Origin: Octopus sinensis | Taxonomy: Eukaryota | Direction of reading: 5' to 3' | DNA length: 64,000 nt | Assembly: GCF_006345805.1 (NCBI RefSeq) | Contig: NC_043003.1 | Location: 50,716,001 to 50,780,000, forward strand | Shown here: positions 39,342 through 51,960 of the stretch, one piece after another | Layout: every line of letters starts with the position of its first letter | Position numbering within the stretch: position 1 is the stretch's first letter | Program-made: the position numbers and the translations under genes | The notes under the pieces: model-generated | Database searches by the model: none | Told to the model about the DNA's origin: nothing | Seen by the model: the letters and a program-made list of their open reading frames with translations, nothing else

Positions 39342-39842
39342 ATATATATATATATAATAAAACTACATAATGAGCCACCTCAGCAAAATGCGTGTTAGTG
39401 TCTGTTGACTGACATAACGAACGGCTGGAGGTGAAACTCTTGACAAAAAACATTGAGGTGGCAAGTCCAAGGTATATAAAAATACAGATTTACCGTTCAA
39501 TTACCAGTTAATAATTATCGCAGCAGTTGCAAGAAGACTTCCACCTGCTCAAATTTTGGAAAATGTATCTACTCTCTGAGAACTTATCACTTTGAATAAG
39601 AACTGTTTGGAAATTTATGTTCCTTGATTGGAAGTCCACCTGAAGATTGTCGATCAAGACAAGAAACGATTGTAGTGGCGGTTTTTTTGGACTATTTATT
39701 AAATTTTATGTATTGAGAAGTCTTCCTTGTTTGTTTTGCAAAATAGTGGTTTTGTCCAAATAATATTTATAATATTTTACTAAAATTGGATTTAATCTAA
39801 ATCTGATTTTTTTTCCTGTAAATTTGGATATATCCTAATATT

Positions 39843-39877
<35 letters not shown>

Positions 39878-39888
39878 GTATGTATATA

Positions 39889-40925
39889 CGCAGTCATGTC
39901 AGAAGTAAATAGACACCCTTATAATCATTAACATTTATTTAAATTTGAAATTATACATTCAAATTATTTATTAATTGTTATAATGTAAGTATTTAATATT
40001 TAGTAGACAAGACCTTTGCATTTTTCAATGCAAGGACCCTGTTGGGCATGTTACTGATCAGATCTTGCGGGATTTCTTACCAAGTTTCATTCAGTAATCT
40101 CAAAAGATCTGGCTTTGAAGATGCTTCCTTGTTCTTTTTATGAACTGTCCTGTTCATTATGTTTCAGGGGTGTTAAATAGGATTCATATCTGGTGAATGG
40201 CTTGGCCATGGAAGCTTTTTAATGCCATTCTCATCTAACAAATCCTGGATCATTTTAGACGTGTGACAAGGAGCCCCATCTTCCATATATAAAGAGTTTT
40301 CCTTGTTCATTTCACCACTGGAGAAGTTTGGAAGGAGACTCTTCTGCAATATGGACACATATTTATCTGAGTTTATGTTTCCCTCACTCTCCATCTACTC
40401 TGATCAACCATTGTTCCAAATTGCTCCCCAGACCATCACAGAATAGCTGCCCTCTTTCATTGTTGGCTTCAATCTTTTTGCACCAAATTGTTGCTCACAG
40501 AGTTTCCAGTACCACACTCGAGCACTGTCAGAAAATACAGCAAATCTGGACAGTGCCCCAAAATGCTAGTGGCCTCTCCACCTTTTCACTGGCCCAATCT
40601 TTTCTTCGTTTGATGTTGGCTGGTCAAAGAAGTGGCTTCCTTCTTGCTGCTCTGCCATAGTAACCAAGTTTGTGGAGATACCTGACAGCTGTTCCGGGAC
40701 CTGACATCAACTTGTCCAGCTATGTCAGAGGCCTAGCAACGAGGATTAACCTCCACACTTCTTTTAGCAAAAAGAAGGGTCCTGTCAGAGGGCCCTGGTT
40801 AATCTGGAGGAGGCGACGTGGACTCCTTCCTCCGGTTACGTGAATTGCATTCCAGATCAAGATGTTCTATAATGACTCGATTTTATTCCATGGCACCTTG
40901 AGCAATCGTCATATCTTTAATTTGA
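39889..40925 (-). mobile_element. Tc1-family transposon, decayed, one TIR visible
   Basis: Manual translation gives LGYYGRAARRKPLL, VMVWGAI, EDGAPCH and WPSHSPDMNPI. The TIR-like end is CAGTCATGTCAGAAGTAAATAGACACCC. The other TIR was not found. Confidence 0.88.
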
Positions 40926-41050
40926 CTAAAGGTTTATAAGAGTGATGAAGTGAACGGACAGTTTATGGAAACTTGTCCGATAGACGGTGATCGTAATTCA
41001 AAAGGCTTGTCGTCTCATATCTTGCCATACAATGTCATGCAATGTCACCT

Positions 41051-41082
<32 letters not shown>

Positions 41083-41169
41083 ACACACATACACACACAC
41101 ACGCGCGCGCGCGCGCGTGTGTGTGTATCTTGTATCTTTTATATGTTTCGGTCATTAGACTGCACCCAT

Positions 41170-41360
41170 GCTAAGGCACCGCCTTAAAGAACTTTTTACT
41201 CGAATGGATCAACCCGCAATACATTTTGTAAAAGCCTGGTATTTTTTTCTATCTGTCTCTTTTTTAAGAACCGTTTAGTTACTAAGTTACGGGGACATGA
41301 ACAAACCAACACCGGCTGTCAAGCGGTGCTGGGGGACAAACACAGACACAAAGACACGCG
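41170..41360 (-). mobile_element. family B SINE 3' part
   Basis: GGCACCGCCTT...ACCAACACCGGCTGTCAAGCGGTGCTGGGGGACAAACACAGACAC. Confidence 0.7.
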
Positions 41361-41376
41361 CGCACGCACACACATA

Positions 41377-41412
<36 letters not shown>

Positions 41413-41678
41413 AGAGAAAAAAAACCTATTTGAAAATATAGCCACGAAATGTGCGCAGTCTATTTATTATTTATTGTTTATGTACTTTATTGATTTTTAA
41501 ATAATGTTTTTTATAGTATATCCAATTTTTTTTGTATATGGTGTGAATAACTTCTTTCACTATTGAATTGCTTAATAGAGATTTTTTCTCTAAATTATAT
41601 AAATATATTACATATTGTGAAATTTGATTTAGAATTGCTAAATTGAATTTTTCCCTGTAAGTTTGGAATTATATTCTC

Positions 41679-41746
<68 letters not shown>

Positions 41747-41753
41747 GTAACCA

Positions 41754-41797
<44 letters not shown>

Positions 41798-41799
41798 CA

Positions 41800-41935
41800 C
41801 GACGGGCTCCTTTTAGTTTCCGTCTACAAAATCCACTCTCAAGTCTTTAGTAGAATATAGTTGTCGAACGTGCCACGTAGTGGAATTGAACCCGGAACCA
41901 TGCTGGGAAGCAAGTTTCTTACCACACAACCATAT
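41800..41935 (-). mobile_element. family B SINE 5' part
   Basis: TTTTAGTTTCCGTCTAC...GAACCCGGAACCATG...CTTACCACACAACC. Confidence 0.7.
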
Positions 41936-42069
41936 ATATTTATCGATGTTTGCTCAGAGTTTCTCACTATGTGATGCATCAAGCAAAGTGACTAGTAGCC
42001 GTTTATGCTTCCTCATTTACGTCGGTGCTTCTGATGGTTGGTTGGTCGGTTGGCCACACTGATTTTTGC

Positions 42070-42415
42070 GTGAAAAAATTGGCAACAGAGATCCCATGTA
42101 ATGGTCAGTGGAGGCCTTAGTTGGAGTTGGTGGGTTTTTCTTCAGAGCCGCATATTTCTACATTTCTTCGATGGTTTTCGTTTTTCAGAATGTTCAGCGC
42201 CAATGTTGATGAAGTGACATCATGCTGTTCTGTCTTCTGCGTATCTGCTCCCAGCAGTTAGGGTGGGGATTGATGCTCTTCATCGTCTATTTCTGGTAGT
42301 TTTTGTAACGTCACATGGGGGTAGCTCCGTGATCTCTTTGCCGGTGCTGAGTTCACTGTAGGTGATTTGACGTGGCTGTAAGCCGTATATCTTCGCTAAA
42401 CATATTCCAAAATGA
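42070..42415 (-). mobile_element. RTE LINE ORF2 C-terminal relic
   Basis: Manual translation gives QPRQITYSELSTGK and AEDRTA*CHFINIGAEHSEKR, like RTE LPRQILYSEL..G and AxDRxxWR. Confidence 0.6.
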
Positions 42416-42422
42416 CATCATA

Positions 42423-42584
42423 GGCGGAGGAGTGGCTGTGTGGTAAGTAGCCTGCTTACCAACCACACTGTTCCGGATTCAGTCCCACTGCGTGGCACCT
42501 TGGGAAAGTGCCTTCTACTATAGCCTCGGGCCGACCAAAGCCTTATGAGTGGATTTGGTAGACGGAAACTGAAAGAAGTCTGTC

Positions 42585-42640
<56 letters not shown>

Positions 42641-42875
42641 GTGTGGTGTGTGTGTGTGTGTGTGTTGTGTGTGTGTGTGTGTGTCTGTGTTTGTCCCATC
42701 ACTTGACAACCGATGCTGGCATGTTTACGTCTCCATTACTTAGCGGTTCGGCAAAAGAGACCGATAGAATAAGTACTAGGCTTACAAAGAATAAGACCTG
42801 GGGGTCAATTTGCTCGACTAAAAGGCGGTGCTCCAGCATGGCCGCAGTCAAATGACTGAAACAAGTAAAAGAGAT
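42423..42875 (+). mobile_element. full-length family B tRNA-SINE with internal (TA)n(TG)n
   Basis: GTGGCTGTGTGGTAAG A-box-like and GGATTCAGTCCC B-box-like motifs, GGCACCTTGGGAAAGTG core, and tail AATGACTGAAACAAGTAAAAGA. Confidence 0.85.
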
Positions 42876-43778
42876 AAAATAGCTCTGATAATATACCAGC
42901 GGCTTGACAACACGGATGTCAGTGTATGTGCAAGTGTGCATGTGTTTGTGCGTGTATACCTTATATACGTGTGTATTATACATATGTGTTTGTATATGCG
43001 TAAGTTTAGAGAGATGTGACAGAAAAAGAGATAGAATGAAAAAGAGATAAGCTGAGAGCGGAGAACAGTGAAAGACAGAGAGCTCTTTTTGAGAATCAGG
43101 CTTCCATTATCTCGTCTACAACTACCTGAAGAGAAGGCCAATGCATTTCCTAAATAATTAAGTCTCTGTAATTTATGTTCAGAGAAACAGAAGCCATTAA
43201 AATGGTATTAGAAGAGACAGAGAGGAAAAATGGCACGAGGACAGATAGTGACTATAGTGTGTATGCAAATGGTTGCCTACCAGTTAGCCGATTCGTTAGT
43301 TTTAAATGTGGTCTGGAATGTACATGCGCGTTTCAGCAACGCTATTGCAAATATATTTCGTTTTATATCACGATTTGTGAACGGAAGCCGCATTGGTTAC
43401 ACGTTTCAACGAGCCTGACACTGATTCACTGCATTTCTGACAATGACAAGATACAAGGGAGAGGCTGCCGTTTAGTATGTGAAATTATGCTCATCCATAG
43501 ATCTTGCATGTGCACATCTGATGAATGTAAGGTTATCTGTTTTACGCAAAACACTGAGTTATGTGAAATGGTTCGTTTGTATGGTTTCATTATTTGAATA
43601 ACTATTTCATCATCATACTCAAGAGCAACAGCGGCAGCAGCTACACAAAAGCAACAGCCTCAACATCAGCAGACTTGATATATATAAGTATTACATACAT
43701 ACATAAATACATACATAAATGCATACATACATACATACATACATACATACATACATACATACATACATACATACATAC

Positions 43779-44864
43779 GTCTGATAACATGGAATACATG
43801 CCCAAATAAGTCGCATGACACTACCACGACGTATCATCAGATGAAAGGATGAGCCTGTATGAGCAGAAGACAATGCATGGATATGTTAGTAGAAAGCTCC
43901 GTGGTGATAGTAATATCGATCATCAAAGCAGTTTATCATGGACGGATAGCCGGATTATTACCTCTCACTTTGAAGGGTATGCGTTTGCAATACAAGAACA
44001 AAAAATATCAACCAGGTGCATGATGTACAAAAGGGATCGAGATGCAGGAAAAGCCGTAAAATGTAACAACTGATGCAGACTTTGTGGAGTTCACACGGAA
44101 GATATCACCCACATCATAAGCAGTTTTCCGAAAATGTCATCGCAGTATTATCTACCGGTGGGATGTGATGTTGTAGCTAGGACACTCTATAATGAAATCC
44201 ATCGGAAAGATAATCCTAAGGATAAAGAAATAAGAACTCACAATATAGTAGAAGCCATAGCCACTCATAATAAAAAGAAATACTGATGGATTGTCCCAGT
44301 GAAGACCTCAATAAAATGTAAGCACAACAGACCTGATATAATGATTTGGGATAAAGAAGAGAAACGGTGCATAGTTGTCGAAATTGATGTAACATAAAAC
44401 TGAAGATCAAGGAAAAAGAGAACACCTATGCTGAACTATTGAGAAACCTACAGTTACTCTATCCAGATTACAAGTTCAGGTTTATACCTATAATTATTGG
44501 GGCCATGGGATATGTAACACACTGTCTAAATACCAATCTTAAGAAATTAGGCTTCTGAAAACCGGAAAGGAGAAAGCTAATTCGAAGGGTACAGATCCAA
44601 TCCATCACTGGAACTGCAAACATCTGTAAAACTTTCCAGGAGTTAATCATTTAAATATATGTGAGCATGGCTAGATATGTAACTCTATGCATGAGAATAC
44701 ACACATAAAACATACAAATCTGCACATATATACCTACATACATACACACATACAAAAATGCCCTGTTGTTGATGTTGAAATTCCAATGAAGAAACCTTGG
44801 ATCTAGGTTAGAAACCAGTTCTTTCTCTATTGGCAAGAAATCTTGAAATAAACTGAATAATGAC
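43779..44864 (+). mobile_element. 5'-truncated R4/Dong-like RLE retrotransposon inside (CATA)n
   Basis: Decayed ORF to 44654 with EGYAFAIQEQ, CRLCGVHTEDITHIISS (CCHC knuckle) and KHNRPDIMIWDKEEKRCIVVEI (PD-(D/E)xK nuclease). The 3' UTR ends AAATAAACTGAATAATGAC. (CATA)n lies on both sides. Confidence 0.88.
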
Positions 44865-44928
44865 AAACATACGTACATACACACATACATACATACATAC
44901 ATACATACATACATACATACATACATAC

Positions 44929-45040
44929 AACACTACCCCCTTGCTGATGTTGAAATTCCAGTGAAGGAGCCTTGGATCTAGGTTAGAAACCGGCTCTTTT
45001 TCTGCTGGCAAGAAATCTTGAAATAAAACTGAATAATGAC
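44929..45040 (+). mobile_element. 3'-UTR-only copy of the same R4/Dong-like family
   Basis: Homologous to 44760..44864. It is preceded by (CATA)n and followed by ATACATA. Confidence 0.85.
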
Positions 45041-45051
45041 ATACATATGTG

Positions 45052-45103
<52 letters not shown>

Positions 45104-45469
45104 TAGTATTGATAAAAGACATTTGTTGAAGTAAGCTGGTTTTCATCAGAGGAAGTCACTATTTGACAGTTTAACAGTGCGTTTCCAGTAGCAACGCTCA
45201 CATCCGGAGAATCTACCACACGCGGACAGGAAGTATTTCAATGAATCATTCAGCTACCAGGAAGATCGTATTGAAAAACAAACCTGTATTGGTATGATAC
45301 ATTTGCCGTTCCTCCATAGATATGACTAGAATAGTATGCACTGGGTTAGCGGTGTATCTTTGTAAAGTTCTGTAAATGTATTCAGAATGCAAGTACGGTA
45401 ATGCAGCAAAATGTGCATACTGTGTATGTGCTCATAAATATCTATGCATATGCGTATAAATATAATAAA

Positions 45470-45517
<48 letters not shown>

Positions 45518-46001
45518 CAACACACACATTTCTATGGCTGGCTGGCCGACTGGCTAGATATTTCTATATGTAAGTATATTAATGTTCTTTTTTTTGTGTG
45601 TATCGAATTATAATAAAGAATAATTTTACATTAAGCTGAAGGATTACTCAATACTGATGGTAGAGTACATACATATAACATTTTTAGAAGAGTGATGAAA
45701 GGGATTTCCAAGTTCACCCTGCTAGCCTCTGTCGGATGGTATGTATGTATGCATAATTTATATGTATGATTTTTTTTGTACTTTATTATTTACGTACCTT
45801 TGTATATATGTATGTAAAGATGTAGGTATGGATAAAAGTAATGTGGAGGGATTCCGAACTACCCTCAAGTGACTAAAAAGTGGACTGACTCATGCTTATA
45901 AAATAAAGAACTGTGTGCACTTGGTAGTTCAAGCAGTTCGCAGTTGGCCATTGATATAGATCTTTCAGTCTCGTGTAATAGTAATAGCAGTGCGTCTTGT
46001 A

Positions 46002-46553
46002 TTGGGTTGTCCGGAAAGTTCGTGCCGATTTTTAAAGGAAAGAAAAAGGTCAATAAATACTTGCCATTACATTTTTAATCAAGCAAATATGAACCATTTT
46101 GTTGCACAATGCGTCTCCAGCTTTCCTTTAACTCGAAAATACCCTCTTCCCAGAATTGAGGTGGTTTCATGGCAAACAATTCATCAAGGTATCTTTTTAC
46201 GTCATCCAAGGAATTGAAATTCTTACCATTAAGACTATTCTGCAGAGACCTGAATAAGTGGAAATCCCGAAGGAGCAATATCTGGTGAATATGGAGGGTG
46301 GGGTAACACATCCCAGCCTAGCTGCAGCAATTTTTGTCTGGTTCCCAAAGCATCAAGTGCCGAAAATGAACTTTCTTATCTTCCATTTTAAAGGGTTATA
46401 GAATCAACATAAACCTTCTTCCACGAAAAGATAGCTTAAACTGTGTTCTAAATGGAGGAGTAGTCAAATCCTACTTTATGGACACAACCATGTTCTAAAG
46501 TAAGTCGAAAGGTAAGCTACTATAAATGGGCACGAACTTTCCGGACAACTCAA
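46002..46553 (-). mobile_element. internally deleted mariner (552 bp)
   Basis: TIRs TTGGGTTGTCCGGAAAGTTCGTGCC and GGCACGAACTTTCCGGACAACTCAA, with TA on both sides. The N-terminus MEDKKVHFRHLMLWE is fused to the C-terminal LGWDVLPHPPYSPDIAPS...DFHLFRSLQNSL. Confidence 0.92.
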
Positions 46554-46964
46554 TATATACTTTCTTCTCCACTACTTCGTTATATTATATATCCAATACA
46601 AGCTTACGTCATATGTAAACAAACAAGTTTGTTTTTGAACTGTTGAAATGTATTGTAGAACAAGGACAAAGATTTTTTTTCAACATCTAAATACTGAACA
46701 GTATATAGAAAGGATAAAATCCTTTTAAGAGAAGAAAATTTACCGGCAAAGTTTTCTGCTCTTAAAAGGTTTTTATCCTTTGTAATATACTTTTCACTAT
46801 TTACGTGCTAAAAAAATGTTATCCTTCTACTTATCCAATACAAGGATATATATATATATATATATATAAAGTGTATGTTTTCTCTTTAAAATTTATCGAA
46901 ATACTTCGTGGAAATCTGATTGGCCGCTAATAATAAAGTAACAATATTACTTTGCCTAAGTTAA

Positions 46965-47183
46965 GGCGGGGAGCTGGCAGAATCGTTAGCACGCTGGGTA
47001 AAATGCGTAACGACATTTCGTCTGTCTTTACGTCCTAAGCTCAAATTCCGTCGAGGTCGACTTTACCCTTCATCCTTTCGAGGACGATAAATTAGGTACC
47101 AGTAAAGTACTGAAGGTCGATGTGATCGACTATCCCCCTCCTACAAATTCCAGGCCTTGTACCTACAGCGGAAAGGATTATTT
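46965..47183 (+). mobile_element. family A SINE
   Basis: GGCGGGGAGCTGGCAGAATCGTTAGC head, the family A core, and tail GGAAAGGATTATT. Confidence 0.85.
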
Positions 47184-49179
47184 TGTTTGAGTGATAGTAT
47201 TTCCATAAGACTGCAAATATATGCATACAACAAAATCTGCATATATGTTGGTGTAGGTGTGGATATACTTTCTATCATTTAACAGGTAGAACATTTCTTT
47301 TCAGTACACGTCTGTGTGATATATTTTTATGTGCGTGTATGAGTTTTTACTGCATATATGTGATTGATTGTATGTGTTTCTTCAAGGAATCTCTATGGAA
47401 TTTTTATGAATCTATACATGCCGTTTTACGATTGCATTTGGAACCTGCAAGTCAATTTGATTGGTTCTTTCTCGGAAAATTCCAGAATTCTCAGGTCTTT
47501 AAACAAATGCGTTGTAACAACAGATTTATATAGTCCAGTGCACCTTTGATAATAGATACAAATGACCATCTGTAACCTCGGCGCAAAAGCTGAAAGTAAC
47601 CAGTGATGTCTTCTTTTTTCCAAAACTTTAAACGAAAAATTCACCTCATAAGTTGTTGACAGTGCAAAATTCCTGTAACCTGTCTCATAGAATAACAGAC
47701 CTGTTGCATTTTCATCAGATTTCAGTTATTACTGGAACATTCTAGAAGCATTCTTTGTTTCTAATGGAGCAGATATATTCATGTTGTGATGTGCTTTTAC
47801 TAAAAGCATCAGGACATGTGATATAGTTGCAACATTCATCGTAAGCATAGGAGATAGAGGAGGTATACAGATAATTAGTGTCAATTAATAGCATTTGTCA
47901 AATATTTGCTTGATATGAGCATTTTTGTTGTACCTGAAGATGCTTACCACAATGTTGCAGATACAAAAAAACACTAAAGAAAGAAAATAAAGAAGAAAGA
48001 AATGAAAAATGGAGATATATGAACAATTTGAGAAGCATGGTAAGAAGAGGCGAGAAATCAAACTTAAATGACAACATTGAAGCCACGGAAAATAACAGCA
48101 GCAACTCATATTTTGTTACTATTCTAAACAAAAAAGTGTATTGGACCTATGAACTCAAGGAAAAAGAAAAAGCGTGGACGTCTGTCGCAAAATAAAAAAC
48201 GTGCTCGTTCTTCGTATTTTTGCTTCCAAAGTCAGATAAAATTTCCAGAAGTGAGTGAGTGAGTGGAGTTGAAGGAAACTCTGGTAAACATGTGTCTCTT
48301 CATGATTCAGCAGAGCTTACGGATTCTCACGAACATATTCGGAAGTTCCATCTTACGGGATCGATCCTTGTGCCCTTTATACAATTTTATAATGGTCTTT
48401 TTATGTTTATTTCTAACCCACTATAAGAAAGTTGGTTGTTCTTTGTTCAAGTAATTATGAAATGTCTGCCGACAAGTGTATTACATTTACATATCACTTT
48501 CTTTAATAATCGATAAATAACGAATAATTATAACTTTAATACCAGTAAAATCTTAACACATATAAAGAATGACCATGTATGTATATGTTATTCAGAAGGT
48601 AAGGAGAAGAAGATCTATCGCATTAAGCACCATCTAGATCACAAAACTGGAGTTTTAATATCGAGAAGACTTTTAATTAGCTTTCTTCCTTTCAAAGATG
48701 GCCAGAGAGCAAACGATGCTTTGAAGTCCAAACGATCACATTTTTGTAACATTTATAGATCACAACTTCTTTCCGATATTGTAAAGAATAAAGTATTTTC
48801 TTGTACTGCGAAAAACAGTAAAGACTTCTGTTTGATCTTCCATATTTTCTTCCATAAAAAATACATTTCCAGTTCAGATAATACACAAACTACGGTTATA
48901 GATACATAGACGTTTCCATCTACTGTAAAAATGCAAGAAAATGATTTTAACAAACGATGTCAGCACTTTGACTCCAACTTGTCCAATATCTTTTCGCTAT
49001 TTGTAACTTCTTCAAAGTAACCTGAAAATTTTCATCGTATCTTTTAAATGGTTTTCGAAAAGTCTGTTTTCTAACTTTCACGTTATTTTCTCAAACAACA
49101 CCGTTTTTTAAAACCCTTGTTCATCCTTTCATCTATCAACACAAACTGCTAACATCAACTATACGTATATGAGCTTCTG

Positions 49180-49235
<56 letters not shown>

Positions 49236-49984
49236 GTGAAAAAGTTGGAGTCAACGAGACAACCGTACTCCTTTTGTTATCTATTCACAGACTACAGAAG
49301 CCCAAACTCAAATCTGGAAGTACATTTAATACTACCACTGGATAGAGCAAGGTGAAATCTGAAGGTGGACGAGCTTTATACTGTACTCTACTACGTTCTT
49401 AACAAACTATATCATAACTATATATATTAGCAATAGAAGCGGTGCTAATTAATATCAAAAGATAATACTTATTACTATTTACAAGTGAATTGTTGTGTTA
49501 CAACACAAAATGCTGCAATGGTTGCCATGAGAGAAACTCTCACATTGGCTTTGGATGCATATAAGCACTCTTGTTTATATCGCTAATTGGGAGATATATC
49601 ATGACATGCCCCTCCTCACCAACTCCTTCTTTGGCAACATTGCGAACCTACCCACATGCTCACCCTAATCTTTAGTTCCACATCACTTATATACATTTTC
49701 CAGTAATTCTAGTGTATACCCTGTGATGTTACCATTTTATCTCTTTCCTCTCTCTTCCACTCTGTCTGTCACACCCCCTCTCTCTCTCTGTCTTTATGTA
49801 TCTAACTGGAGTTACCGTATGTCCCCTCCACTAGAAGACACTTATTTCTGTCTTCTTTCATACTCTAACCTCTCACCACCACGCAGAAAGCCACATCCCT
49901 TAACACTACACCCCAACACTCAATTGAGGACGTGTATTTACAAGTTATTTGATCACCTCACAGACTCTAATGCCACATAAAATG

Positions 49985-50105
49985 CACCCAGCCGTAGAAA
50001 CCGTTCCGAAGCAACCAGTAGAGCCTAGTCCTCTAGCTTGCCAGCTCCTGTCGAACAGTTCAACTCATGCCAGCATGGAAAACGGACGTTAAATGGTGAT
50101 GATGA
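49985..50105 (+). mobile_element. 3' end of the (GAT)n-tailed SINE-like family
   Basis: CCAGCATGGAAAACGGACGTTAAATGGTGATGATGAT, the reverse of 27408..27560. Confidence 0.7.
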
Positions 50106-50292
50106 TAAACAATGATAGATGTGAGCGTGTGTATTCATATATATATATATATATATATACATATATACATTTTCAGTAAAAACAATTAAGAATCAAGTGA
50201 ATTCCAATGAATTCACATGAATGTGGTACTTAACTTAGATGCACCAGAAATCTATATGGTATTAACCATAAAATAATGTGGGGTGATTATAA

Positions 50293-50916
50293 ACAAGAAA
50301 AAAGCAACAAGAATGGATTAGTTGTTCAGTACAATTGTTTCATACGAAGAACAGCTTTATTAAAAGCTGCAAATATTGCAGCAAATACAAGTGTCCCGTA
50401 TTCATCAGCCAAAACACATATGAGTTTTCCAAACATCCTAGGGGGTGAGGCTACACTCATGTAGTATCGAAGAGAGTTCTATAAAAAGCAAAGTTAGATA
50501 GTAAGCAGACTTCAAAAGTTCTCTAATGATGCACAGTTTTATAAAAGGTTTTTAAAAAAGTTTGTTAGCTTCACAGAAAAGGTAAATCCATCCGTAATAA
50601 TGCAGGTGTAATTTCCGGAGATATGAGGAGATATTTCATACTCAGAGACGATGAATTTATCCATAATAATGTAGATATAATTTCCTGATATATATATAGA
50701 AGTCTGCTTACAATCTGACTTTGCTTTTTATAGAACTCTCTTCGATACTTCATGAGTGTAGCCTCACCCCCTAGGATGTTTGGAAAACTCATATGTGTTT
50801 TGGGTGATGAATACGGGACACTTGTATTTGCTGCAATATTTGCAGCTTTTAATAAAGCTGTTCTTCGTATGAAACAATTGTACTGAACAACTAATCCATT
50901 CTTGTTGCTTTTTTCT

Positions 50917-50919
<3 letters not shown>
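50293..50919. repeat. inverted duplication: arms 50293..50513 and 50699..50919
   Basis: Manual alignment shows 4 substitutions in ~220 bp, with a ~185-bp spacer. Confidence 0.95.
50571..50919 (-). other. unassigned coding-like ORF segment (116 codons) or pseudogene fragment
   Basis: Stop-free non-repetitive frame QEKSNKNGLVVQYNC...TPALLRMDLPFL* with A/T-ending codons. No family is recognised. Confidence 0.35.
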
Positions 50920-50962
<43 letters not shown>

Positions 50963-50976
50963 ACTTATATATATAT

Positions 50977-51018
<42 letters not shown>

Positions 51019-51731
51019 CACACACATCTTACAATTGACTCCAACAACACTGTTTCACTGTTTCTAACAAATTAGTCTAAAGAACTACATATGAAATTAA
51101 CATATTTTGCATCATAATACTCAGAATAAAAAAGAAGATAAAGTCAAGCAAGAGTGGAGATGAAGAACAGAGAACATAACAGAGTAACCATAGTAAATGG
51201 AGAAATACGACTGACAGGGCCATATATTTTATAAATTTTTATATAAAGATATTTTTTAAAGAATTATTGTGTGATGCTCTAGAATTATCAATTTTATCAT
51301 TTCTAGTCATCAAAGAATTTATGGTTTTTGTATTCTTACAGATACAAAGCATGCAAACTTATTAATTAGGGGTTGTGGAAGCTGGAAATTTGCTCTCATA
51401 AAATATCTTGTTTATTAAAATGAAAATATTCACAGGTCGAAAAATACCAAAAATACAAATTTCTCTGATGAAGAATGACTAATCTTAATCCAGGTCCAGC
51501 ATCATGAAATCTTGAAATTCTCCTATAACTTCACATATGAATCTATTTCGAAAATCGGAATATGAATGATGTAGAAAATTGTAAATAGAAAATCTAGCGT
51601 AACCAGGGCCCAGAAAATTAAATAAATTAAATATTCTAAACCCGTTGGTATCAATAAACTCTCTTAGATTTTAGAACTAACTTCTTCCTCAAAGGCGCCC
51701 TATAGCCAAATCAGTGAATCACGATACATAT

Positions 51732-51960
51732 ATTTCTTTACTACCCTCAAGGGGCTAAACACAAAGGGACAAACAAGGACAAACAAACGGATTAAGTCGA
51801 TTATATCGACCCCAGTGCGTAACTGGTACTTAATTTATCGACCCCGAAAGGATGAAAAGCAAAGTCGACCTCGGTGGAATTTGAACTCAGAACGTAACGG
51901 CAGACGAAATACGGCTACGCATTTCGCCCGGCGTGCTAGCGTTTCTGCCAGCTCGCCGCC
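51732..51960 (-). mobile_element. family A SINE with ~15-bp TSD
   Basis: AATCACGATA(C/G)ATAT at 51717..51731 and 51965..51979. Confidence 0.9.

Noticed and set aside
50571-50919. GPCR TM6-TM7 assignment for the inverted ORF
   Set aside because: WINSS...YLLISPE only loosely recalls TM7. There is no NPxxY motif and no convincing hydrophobic TM6.
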